Position numbers and translations under genes: made by a program
Virus record (IMG/VR): IMGVR_UViG_3300014050_000003
Span: 57,059 to 121,058 of that record
DNA: 64,000 bases
Strand: one strand, 5' to 3'
Origin: a virus
In this document: in pieces, positions 1-8,019 of the stretch
Layout of the letters: each line of letters begins with the position of its first letter
How positions within the stretch are numbered: the stretch's first letter is position 1
The notes under the pieces: model-generated
The model's database searches: none
What the model was told of the DNA's origin: nothing
Seen by the model: the letters and a program-made list of their open reading frames with translations, nothing else

Positions 1-2
1 CA

Positions 3-2792
3 GGAATAAGGCAAACTCTAAAAACGGTAAGTTTAATTGGAGACGAGAGCATTAGTGGAGTTAAAATTTTTGAAGGTGATGGCGTAAGTGATGGCGATCC
101 GATTAAATCAAAAATATTAATAAATCCTATTGGATTATATAATTTTGATTTTCCTACAACATATAATGTACCAACAATTAGTGGTTATCCATTATTAGAT
201 TTAAGAGGAGGATATGGGAATAGTAATGCTTATATACAAATATTTGATGGAGTAATATATGCTTATTCTCCAGATTATTTAAAAATAGAAGGCGCACCAG
301 TCGCAATAAATGATCAAAGTATATATGGAGTAGGAATAGGAACAGATAATCCAAGTGAAAAATTACATGTAGTTGGTAATATAAAAGCTTCTAATAATAT
401 TTATGCTAATAATTTAGTTTATATTACTGGAAATCAAACAATAGATGGTCAAAAAACTTTTAATTCTTTAATATATTTTTCTGGCGGAGCAAATATTAAT
501 ATGCTTAGCGGAGCAGATGGGCGCGGAGGTTCAATTGATCTTTCAAATAATAATGCAGCAAATTTTTCAATTCAAACAGGAAATTTACCAACCCAAAACG
601 ATGGTTCAATTTATAATAAAATAAATGACTCATTATATCTTAGAAAAAATTCAGTTTGGGAAAAAGTAATAACAAATAAAGATAATCCTATTTATGCTAC
701 TGGGGATCAAAATATTAGTGGTTTAAAAACTTTTAATTCTGAATTTTTTACATCAATGTGGGATGATGATGAAGTTATCTTATCAAATCCAGCTGTTCAA
801 ATTAAAAATAGTTTAAAAATAGCATCATATGATACTAGTAATTATTTTGATCAACCAAAAATAATTTTGAGTGATGCTGGACTACTAAAATCTACTGGCC
901 CTAAAGCAGGTTTAGAATATAGATCAATAACTCTTGGAGTAAACATAATAGATGATTTAAATGGTGCAGATATTAGAAAAATATATTCTGGACAAAATGC
1001 TCCAATAGTAAGTCTAAATGCTGGTCCAGCAAGTTACTCTGCAAGAGATGGAATTTTAATATCAAATAATAAAAGTGCAACCTTTAACAATCAAAATGAT
1101 TATATTTTATTTATTGATACTGATACGGGATCTAATACATATGGTGGAGTTAAAATAGGAGGACTAGATAATTCTAATATTAGAAAAAATGTAACAAATC
1201 CAATAGCTCCTGGTTTTCTATTAGATGTAAACGGAAATATTAAAGCAAATAATTTAATTTATAATACTGGCGATCAAACTATAAGTGGAGTTAAAACTTT
1301 TAATAGCGGATTAAGTACAACATATATTTCTGGAGTATCAGGAAGTAGTTTAAATATATTAGGATGCTCTGATTCAATATCAGCACAAACTTTACGCAAT
1401 ATAAATATAACAGCGGGTTCAGGAACATCTACGATAGATGCAGGAGATATAATTTTAATAGGTGGCAATTTAAGTGGATTTGCGCCAAGTATATTAAAAA
1501 CTGGCGCAAGTATTACTATTGGCGGCGCAAAGACTTCTTCATATACTGCAGATATAACTATAAAACCTTCAATTGATCAGAATGGGGCTGCTGGAAATAT
1601 TGTTATTCAAGCAGGAGCAACTCCAACTTACAATGGTAAAATTAATATGTTTGGTGATATAAATATTAATGGCACAAATGATATGGGGTCACCATTATCA
1701 TCAAAAAATATAAACATATACAGAAGAGGCGATCTTCTTGGCTTTCCATCTCAAAGACTTGCTATTTCAATAGATAATAATAATGTTAATTTTCAAAATG
1801 AAATGGGACTACAAGTAAGTGGCGTACAAGTAACTCCAAGTCTTTATGTTCGTACAATTGGAGATCAAAGTATTAGTGGAGCAAAAACATTCTTTTCTGG
1901 ATTAAATATAGCCAATGGCACTTTAAATTTAAATAATTCATATTTATCTGGCGAAAATATTAAACCATCTACTGGAATATCTTTATACAATAGATCAACG
2001 ACAGCAAGAAATATTTTAACTCAAGTAGATAGTGAAGGAAGAAGTTTGGCTTTCCAGCCTAATTTAGCAACAAATAGAATAATTAATTTCCAATCAAGAT
2101 CTAATTCTACTTCAAGTACAAATGCGGGTTTTGGTATCAATTTAGCTACAAGCGGCATATTAGCTCGACCAGTTTATATGAAAGTCGGAGATGTATTAGG
2201 ATCATTACCAAGGATTGGGTTTCAACACACGGGAGGATTAAATGAAGCAGGAGTTACCAATAATGTTGATCAAAATATTTTTAGAGGCACAGGAGGACTT
2301 GGTGGATTTTTCTTTCAAGCAAGATTTGGAATAAGTGAAAATAATATAAGTACAAGTGGTCGAGGATTTTTTGGATTATGGGATAAACAAACCGTACTTG
2401 TAACAAATTCTACATTTGATCCATATTCCTCTAATCGTCAAAATCTTATTGGAGTAGGATTTAATAGCGGAGACTCAAATTTAAGTTTTATTCATTCAGA
2501 TTCTACTTCTCCAGGTACAGATAATGTTAATAGAAAAAAAATATCATTAGGATCAAATTTCCCAATTAGAAGTGGAAATGTATATGAATTAAGTATATAT
2601 GGATTGCCAGATAAATCTTATGTAGATATGAATATTTCTATATTAAGAAGCGGAATATCAACAGGATACAGAGCAACCACAGCTCTTCCTGCCGCAGATT
2701 ATGCATTAGCTCCAAATTTTTCAGTAAATGGACCAATTGCATCAGGAAATATTGCTTTTGATTTATCTAATTTTTATATAGACACTCAATAA
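3..2792 (+). CDS. Tail fibre / receptor-binding-like protein, 5'-truncated (frame open from the window edge)
   Basis: Frame of ORF 501..2792 has no stop back to nt 3 (GIRQTLKTVSLIGDESISGVKIF...). Five copies of a [VI]YxxGdQxIsGxKTF fibre repeat; GIGTDNPSEKLHVVGNI motif; rich in Gly/Ser/Asn/Thr. Confidence 0.75.
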   Translation, partial: GIRQTLKTVSLIGDESISGVKIFEGDGVSDGDPIKSKILINPIGLYNFDFPTTYNVPTISGYPLLDLRGGYGNSNAYIQIFDGVIYAYSPDYLKIEGAPVAINDQSIYGVGIGTDNPSEKLHVVGNIKASNNIYANNLVYITGNQTIDGQKTFNSLIYFSGGANINMLSGADGRGGSIDLSNNNAANFSIQTGNLPTQNDGSIYNKINDSLYLRKNSVWEKVITNKDNPIYATGDQNISGLKTFNSEFFTSMWDDDEVILSNPAVQIKNSLKIASYDTSNYFDQPKIILSDAGLLKSTGPKAGLEYRSITLGVNIIDDLNGADIRKIYSGQNAPIVSLNAGPASYSARDGILISNNKSATFNNQNDYILFIDTDTGSNTYGGVKIGGLDNSNIRKNVTNPIAPGFLLDVNGNIKANNLIYNTGDQTISGVKTFNSGLSTTYISGVSGSSLNILGCSDSISAQTLRNINITAGSGTSTIDAGDIILIGGNLSGFAPSILKTGASITIGGAKTSSYTADITIKPSIDQNGAAGNIVIQAGATPTYNGKINMFGDININGTNDMGSPLSSKNINIYRRGDLLGFPSQRLAISIDNNNVNFQNEMGLQVSGVQVTPSLYVRTIGDQSISGAKTFFSGLNIANGTLNLNNSYLSGENIKPSTGISLYNRSTTARNILTQVDSEGRSLAFQPNLATNRIINFQSRSNSTSSTNAGFGINLATSGILARPVYMKVGDVLGSLPRIGFQHTGGLNEAGVTNNVDQNIFRGTGGLGGFFFQARFGISENNISTSGRGFFGLWDKQTVLVTNSTFDPYSSNRQNLIGVGFNSGDSNLSFIHSDSTSPGTDNVNRKKISLGSNFPIRSGNVYELSIYGLPDKSYVDMNISILRSGISTGYRATTALPAADYALAPNFSVNGPIASGNIAFDLSNFYIDTQ

Positions 2793-2805
2793 TTTTTAAA
2801 TTAAT

Positions 2806-2838
2806 TCTTAGCGCCAAGGATTGAACTTGACGCTAAGA
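2806..2838 (-). terminator. 13-bp stem-loop between the convergent fibre gene and hsp20
   Basis: Minus strand TCTTAGCGTCAAG-TTCAATC-CTTGGCGCTAAGA (one G-U pair), just downstream of the hsp20 stop; U-tract is weak. Confidence 0.55.
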
Positions 2839-2844
2839 TTACTA

Positions 2845-3201
2845 TTAGTCTATTTTAATTTTATTTTGTAGTTTTTTATTTTCTTTACCAAAAGTAATTG
2901 TGAGCAAACCATCTTCATGTTTTGCTTTTACTTCTGAAAGATCTACTTTTCTAGGCAAGTAAAAGGATTTTTGGTATTTTACTTTGCCTTCTTTTCTAGT
3001 AGCGTTAATATTTAGATATTCTTGATTTGTAGTAATATCAATATTTTCTTTTTTAAATCCTGCAAGAGGAATTTCAAGAGAATATTGATCATTTTCTAAT
3101 ACAAAATCAGAATATTCCTTGTCCCAACCAAATATAGAATCATTAAATATATTTTCAAATACATCTAATGGTCTATGTCCATTTCTTAGTGTTAATAGCA
3201 T
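2845..3201 (-). CDS. hsp20: Small heat-shock protein (Hsp20/alpha-crystallin family)
   Basis: LEIPLAGFKKENIDI...FYLPRKVD...AKHEDGLLTITF alpha-crystallin signature; AGGAGG SD at 3212-3217. Confidence 0.93.
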   Translation of the reverse strand: MLLTLRNGHRPLDVFENIFNDSIFGWDKEYSDFVLENDQYSLEIPLAGFKKENIDITTNQEYLNINATRKEGKVKYQKSFYLPRKVDLSEVKAKHEDGLLTITFGKENKKLQNKIKID

Positions 3202-3235
3202 ATTTAATATGCCTCCTTTCTCCTTTTAATATTAA

Positions 3236-3252
3236 TGCAGTTTTTATGCCAA
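3236..3252 (-). promoter_or_regulatory. sigma54 (-24/-12) promoter upstream of hsp20
   Basis: Minus strand TTGGCATAAAAACTGCA, an exact GG-N10-GC spacing, about 35 nt upstream of the hsp20 ATG. Confidence 0.7.
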
Positions 3253-3281
3253 CTTTTTATAGAGTAAAGTATTATGTATAG

Positions 3282-3326
3282 AGTCAAAATGACACAATGT
3301 GAATTATTTAAATTGTCAAAATGTCA
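3282..3326. promoter_or_regulatory. Two near-palindromic boxes, candidate enhancer-binding-protein sites
   Basis: AGTCAAAATGACA at 3282-3294 and TGTCAAAATGTCA at 3314-3326, 32 nt apart, upstream of the sigma54 site. Confidence 0.5.
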
Positions 3327-3350
3327 CATTTCTAGTTATATTTATTTTAT

Positions 3351-3356
3351 GTGTAA
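3351..3356 (+). promoter_or_regulatory. GTGTAA late-type promoter motif
   Basis: Same hexamer sits upstream of several virion genes; here 8 nt before ATG 3365. Confidence 0.55.
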
Positions 3357-3364
3357 TAGCTAAT

Positions 3365-4108
3365 ATGCCAATACCCCAAAAAAAAGATAACGAATCACAA
3401 AATGATTATATGGGACGCTGTATGCATAAATTAAAAGACGAAAAACGTCCTCAAGATCAAAAAGTCGCAATTTGTTTAAATACTTATCGTAATCCTAAGA
3501 AAAAAGCTAAAGCAGAAATTGAGATAGACTTTACAGAAGATATTAAAAACATGAATAAACCGCAAGAAATAATACCAACAGAAGCACCAAAAGTTGAAGC
3601 TAAAGTAGAAGAAGTAGCCAACACGGCAGTAACCGCACCAGCTCCAGAAGTTAAAATTCAAGAAAATACAGCTTCTTGTGGTAAACCAAATTGTGGATCG
3701 GTTCAAAAAGTAGAAGAAGTTAGAGCTGAAAATGATGGTAAAGGCGAATTAATTCAAACAACTCTTCTTCAAATGCAACATCAATATAAAATTTTACATT
3801 GGCAAACTACTTCATTTTCTCAACATAAAAGTTTTGATGAAATTGTAAGTAGCTTGAGCGAAAATATTGATGAATTTATTGAAACTTACATGGGTAAATA
3901 TGGTAGAGTAATTGCTGCTAATACTTTTAATATTACTCTCGCTAATTATAAAGATGCAGATTTCATGACTCTTACAAATAATTATATTACATTTTTAATT
4001 GGATTAAATGATATGCTAGATAAAGCTCAAGATTCAGATTTATTAAATATAAGAGATGAGATTTTAGGATCTTTAAATCAATTAAAGTATTTATTTAGTT
4101 TAGTTTAA
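3365..4108 (+). CDS. Fusion of a small Cys-containing phage domain and a ferritin/Dps-like (DUF5856-like) four-helix domain
   Basis: Probable start ATG 3365 (MPIPQKK...YMGRCM...KVAICLN), then an Ala/Pro/Glu linker, then KILHWQTTSFSQHKSFDE...IDEFIETYMGKYGR...LNIRDEILGSLNQLKYL. Confidence 0.7.
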   Translation: MPIPQKKDNESQNDYMGRCMHKLKDEKRPQDQKVAICLNTYRNPKKKAKAEIEIDFTEDIKNMNKPQEIIPTEAPKVEAKVEEVANTAVTAPAPEVKIQENTASCGKPNCGSVQKVEEVRAENDGKGELIQTTLLQMQHQYKILHWQTTSFSQHKSFDEIVSSLSENIDEFIETYMGKYGRVIAANTFNITLANYKDADFMTLTNNYITFLIGLNDMLDKAQDSDLLNIRDEILGSLNQLKYLFSLV

Positions 4109-5061
4109 TCTTTAAGAACTATATCTTTACAGTCGTACATCCAATGAGGTTGATTACCTTCAACAAAATCAACTTCTATTTCCTCAAGAGCATCAACACC
4201 ATATATTAATTGCTTATCAATTACTGGACTGTAAATTTTTGCAACAGGCGATAAACAAGCTGCCCACCAACTAAATGATGAATTAGCGCGAAATATACTT
4301 CTTGCAAAATATAGTTTTAAAAAATCATCTAACCAATCAAATCCTATTTTATCTAAAAAATCAGACCCTCTTGGATAACTCCATCCAGCTCTTATAGTTT
4401 TTGGTCTATCTTTATGCCAAGCCCCAGTATAATCATCTGAAACCCATTCAATTTTGTCTTTATCAAAATCAAATTTTTTAAAAGCTCTAAAATATGAATC
4501 TTTAGAAATAACAGAGTACCCTTGATGATTCTTTTTATTATATGACGGATTAGATATATCATCTCGTCTTAAATGAGCTATATCATAAGATCCTTGTCGA
4601 TCTTCATTTCTTTTATATATATCTAACGATTTTATTTCATCACTAAATTCAAATATTTGTTTTATTTCTTTTAAAGACATTGGATAAAATATCTTTGGAT
4701 TATAAGCACAAACGTTATCAATAAACATATGATCTGAAGTGACTTTATATGGTTCATCTTTTGGCATTCTATCATCGACTATAATTCTTTGCATTTTTGG
4801 AGAAAATTGTTTAAGAGCGTAAGTTCTAAAATGAATATTATCTAAAACTTTTTGAGTTTGATTTAATCTTAATCTTAAAATATCATCTTCAATTATTTTA
4901 TGATATTGATTTTTAAATAATTTAGTACCTTCCCAATCGCTAGGTAAATAAAATTCGTGACCATTTATTTTTTGATAATAATATCCATATATATATTGAT
5001 GTACTCTATTACCAAATCTTCCATTCCAATGGCATAAAACCAATAACTTTTTATCAAGCAT
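4105..5061 (-). CDS. Alpha-1,2-fucosyltransferase-like glycosyltransferase (GT11)
   Basis: GRFGNRVHQY, HLRRDD and NSSFSWWAA match the three GT11 motifs. Confidence 0.8.
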   Translation of the reverse strand: MLDKKLLVLCHWNGRFGNRVHQYIYGYYYQKINGHEFYLPSDWEGTKLFKNQYHKIIEDDILRLRLNQTQKVLDNIHFRTYALKQFSPKMQRIIVDDRMPKDEPYKVTSDHMFIDNVCAYNPKIFYPMSLKEIKQIFEFSDEIKSLDIYKRNEDRQGSYDIAHLRRDDISNPSYNKKNHQGYSVISKDSYFRAFKKFDFDKDKIEWVSDDYTGAWHKDRPKTIRAGWSYPRGSDFLDKIGFDWLDDFLKLYFARSIFRANSSFSWWAACLSPVAKIYSPVIDKQLIYGVDALEEIEVDFVEGNQPHWMYDCKDIVLKD

Positions 5062-5066
5062 AGTAA

Positions 5067-5095
5067 ATTATATTATATAAAAATATAAATATCAA
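5067..5095 (-). promoter_or_regulatory. sigma70-type promoter, near-leaderless
   Basis: TTGATA-N17-TATAAT; ATG 5 nt after the -10 box. Confidence 0.6.
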
Positions 5096-5101
5096 TAAAA
5101 A

Positions 5102-6568
5102 TTAAATTTGCCAAGGATAAAAAGAACTGGAATTAAAAAAGTTTTGACATCCTCCGCCAGCTATTCTAAATCTACTAAAATCTATTTTATATGTAAATAT
5201 CCAAGGCCCTATTTTAGGAAGAATTAAAGGATTTTGTAATAGTCCTCCAGTGGGATCAATAAAATATTGATAATTAACATCCCATGGCCCAGTTCCAATA
5301 TCATAAGCAGGATAAAGATAATTATTATTCGCTATACCATCTCCTGCGTCAACCTTAAAACTTCCATCAGGATTTCGCCAAATATTATTTATCAAAAAAG
5401 CATTTGGATGATTTACATCAGGTACACAAGGATCGTATAGTGAAGCTGTCCCACTGCCAACACATCCTACTCTAGGTAAAGTAAATGGAGCAGAATAATA
5501 ATTAGTAAAAGTATAATTTTGAGGATATTCACCATCACAAAATTCTGATCTTGCGCTTGGATTAAAATCTAATGGTACTGGGCAATTTAAAGAGCATTCC
5601 GTACCAAAATCACCCCCCATTTTTTGATTCATTTTATATGTTTGTACGCCAGTAAGTACCCCGCTCCAAGGAACATCAATTAATAAACCATTAACCACGG
5701 CTACATCATATTCAATATAATCTTTATACATTGCGACAAAAGCTCCAACAAAAGCTTTGCCAAATGGATGAGTTGGAAAAGAGTATTGACTAATGCTACA
5801 TTGAGCAGCTCCTAGCCATGCTACTCCATTTCCAGGACCATAAATAGCATCATTATACGCAAGCTCTGGTAATACAAGCCCAGCTTGCTCTTCAAAAGAG
5901 CTATATTGAGTATTGAATGTTGGATCAAACATTAAAATTTCTACATTTTCTATTACCCTTGTTAAATTTCCAGCCGCTTTTTGAATAGCACTTTTAAGAT
6001 ATGGAGGCAATAATGATACCGTTTGGTTTCCTTCGCAACTGCAATTTGGTTGAAGATTGTCCCACCATTTTGACCAAGTATTATATGTTTTAGCGATTCT
6101 ATTTCCCATATCGAAACTCACGCCAACAGCATAATTTTCATTCTTTTTTGATTCTGGAGCAGGGATTCTATTCGCACAAGATCGCGCCCACGGACTATCT
6201 ACAATAATTACTGCGTCTTTATAATTATAAGGCCCAAGCTCATTACTTCCTCTTGTTAAATTATATAATGTATTGCTTTGTATTTTAATATTAGATGGAA
6301 ATTGTAAAAAACTATTTGCGTCTCCAATAGGATTATTAGCATTATTATATCTAGTACTTTTATTTGTATAATCATTATATATATGCCATTTATATTCATT
6401 AGCGTTAGCTTTTGTAGCACTTAATCCATTCGTAACAACGCTACCATATGGATAAGCAAAAACCCAAAATAATAATGGTATACCATCGCCCCAATAAGTT
6501 ATATAATTCCAATCAAAACCAGTTAAATTTCCTGGTGAATTATTATCTTTAGGGAAAAAATTAATCAT
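5102..6568 (-). CDS. Hypothetical protein rich in Cys/Trp/Pro/Gly, possibly virion-associated
   Basis: 488-aa ORF; composition resembles the accessory virion proteins at 36-43 kb rather than the flanking GTs; no recognisable family. Confidence 0.6.
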   Translation of the reverse strand: MINFFPKDNNSPGNLTGFDWNYITYWGDGIPLLFWVFAYPYGSVVTNGLSATKANANEYKWHIYNDYTNKSTRYNNANNPIGDANSFLQFPSNIKIQSNTLYNLTRGSNELGPYNYKDAVIIVDSPWARSCANRIPAPESKKNENYAVGVSFDMGNRIAKTYNTWSKWWDNLQPNCSCEGNQTVSLLPPYLKSAIQKAAGNLTRVIENVEILMFDPTFNTQYSSFEEQAGLVLPELAYNDAIYGPGNGVAWLGAAQCSISQYSFPTHPFGKAFVGAFVAMYKDYIEYDVAVVNGLLIDVPWSGVLTGVQTYKMNQKMGGDFGTECSLNCPVPLDFNPSARSEFCDGEYPQNYTFTNYYSAPFTLPRVGCVGSGTASLYDPCVPDVNHPNAFLINNIWRNPDGSFKVDAGDGIANNNYLYPAYDIGTGPWDVNYQYFIDPTGGLLQNPLILPKIGPWIFTYKIDFSRFRIAGGGCQNFFNSSSFYPWQI

Positions 6569-6610
6569 AATATATTATATATTAATACAGCAATTAGTTA
6601 TAATATAAGA

Positions 6611-7348
6611 ATGTTACACTATAAAATATCTTCATTTTGCTCGTTCTTTAAAGCTGAAAAATATATAAAAGGATATATAGAAGATGTATTAGATCAATCA
6701 ATATTTAAAGATATTGAATTTGTATTTTTAAATTGTAATTCTCCAGAAAATGAAGAGCAATATATATTACCATTAACTAAAAAATTTAATAATATTAAAT
6801 ATCATAGATTAGATAAAGACCCTGGATTATTCCAAGGTTGGAATTATGCTATAAAAAATTTATGTTCAGCGAATTTAATAAGCAATTGGAATGCGGACGA
6901 CAGAAAATCTAATAATAGTTTCGAAATATTATATAAACAATTTGAAAAAAATCCAGAGTTAGATGTAGTTTATGGTCAAACTTATATATCTAAAAAATTA
7001 AATGAAAAATATATAGACAATGATTTTAGCGAAATGTATCCTTGTTTGCCTCATTCTTTTGATAATTTAATTAAAAATAATTCTCCACATTGTATGCCGC
7101 TTTGGAAAAAATCAGTACATGATAGATTTGGTTATTTTGATGAAAAATATCCTGTTGCTGCAGATGGAGATATGTGGCTAAAAGCCTCTGTAGGTGGAGC
7201 AAAATTTAAAATGGTAAATCATCCAATTGGTTTATATTACATGAATCCAGAAGGTAATTCGACAAAACAAGACAAGCTAAAAGAAGCAGTTAACGAAGTT
7301 CATAATATGCGAAGCAAATACTTAATATATAAAGGATATGTAAATTAA
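6611..7348 (+). CDS. Glycosyltransferase family 2
   Basis: YIEDVLDQS...EFVFLNCNSPE, NWNADDR (DxD-like), FGYFDEKYPVAADGDMWL. Confidence 0.85.
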   Translation: MLHYKISSFCSFFKAEKYIKGYIEDVLDQSIFKDIEFVFLNCNSPENEEQYILPLTKKFNNIKYHRLDKDPGLFQGWNYAIKNLCSANLISNWNADDRKSNNSFEILYKQFEKNPELDVVYGQTYISKKLNEKYIDNDFSEMYPCLPHSFDNLIKNNSPHCMPLWKKSVHDRFGYFDEKYPVAADGDMWLKASVGGAKFKMVNHPIGLYYMNPEGNSTKQDKLKEAVNEVHNMRSKYLIYKGYVN

Positions 7349-8019
7349 TGAAAATTATAACATTTTCTCTTTGGGGAGATAATCCAAAATATAATATAGG
7401 AGCAATAAAAAATTGTGAATTAGCAAAGATACATTATCCAGATTGGATTTGTAGATTTTATGTGGCTCAAAATACTCCAAAAGAAACAATAAAAATTTTA
7501 AAATCAAAAGAAAATATTGAAATTATAGAAACTGAAGAAGCTGGAGATTGGAAATTTACATTAAAAAGATTTCTTCCTTTTTCTGAGCCTAATGTAGAAG
7601 CTTTTATAAGTAGAGATTGTGATTCTAGAATTTCTACAAGAGAAGCATTTGCAGTAAACTTGTGGTTAAATTCTAATAAAAAATTTCATATTATGCGAGA
7701 CCATCCATTTCATGGAAGTTTTCCTATTTTAGCAGGAATGTTTGGAGCAAAAAAAGAAATTATAAAAGATATAAATCAATTAATAAAACAATATCAAATT
7801 GAAAATTTAAACGAACAATATCATTTTGATCAAATATTTCTTTTAAAATATATTTGGCCAAAAATTAAAGATGATAGTTTAATTCATGATGAATTTTTTG
7901 ATAAGAAGCCATTTCCTACAATGAGATTAAACAACCAATTCGTTGGTGCAATTTTTGACGAAAATGATAATCAAGACCCAATTGGCAAACAAGCACTTAT
8001 TGAATATTTAAATAAATGA
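7348..8019 (+). CDS. Putative glycosyltransferase-like protein
   Basis: KIITFSLWG...YNIGA, RFLPF...ISRDCDSR (DxD), FHIMRDHP, DQIFL; inside the GT island. Confidence 0.6.
   Translation: MKIITFSLWGDNPKYNIGAIKNCELAKIHYPDWICRFYVAQNTPKETIKILKSKENIEIIETEEAGDWKFTLKRFLPFSEPNVEAFISRDCDSRISTREAFAVNLWLNSNKKFHIMRDHPFHGSFPILAGMFGAKKEIIKDINQLIKQYQIENLNEQYHFDQIFLLKYIWPKIKDDSLIHDEFFDKKPFPTMRLNNQFVGAIFDENDNQDPIGKQALIEYLNK

Noticed and set aside
2806-2838. tRNA gene
   Set aside because: Only a T-loop-like hairpin; no D arm, anticodon arm or CCA.
3299-3364. N-terminal hydrophobic extension of ORF 3299..4108 as a signal peptide
   Set aside because: It overlaps regulatory boxes and the GTGTAA motif; ATG 3365 is the more plausible start.
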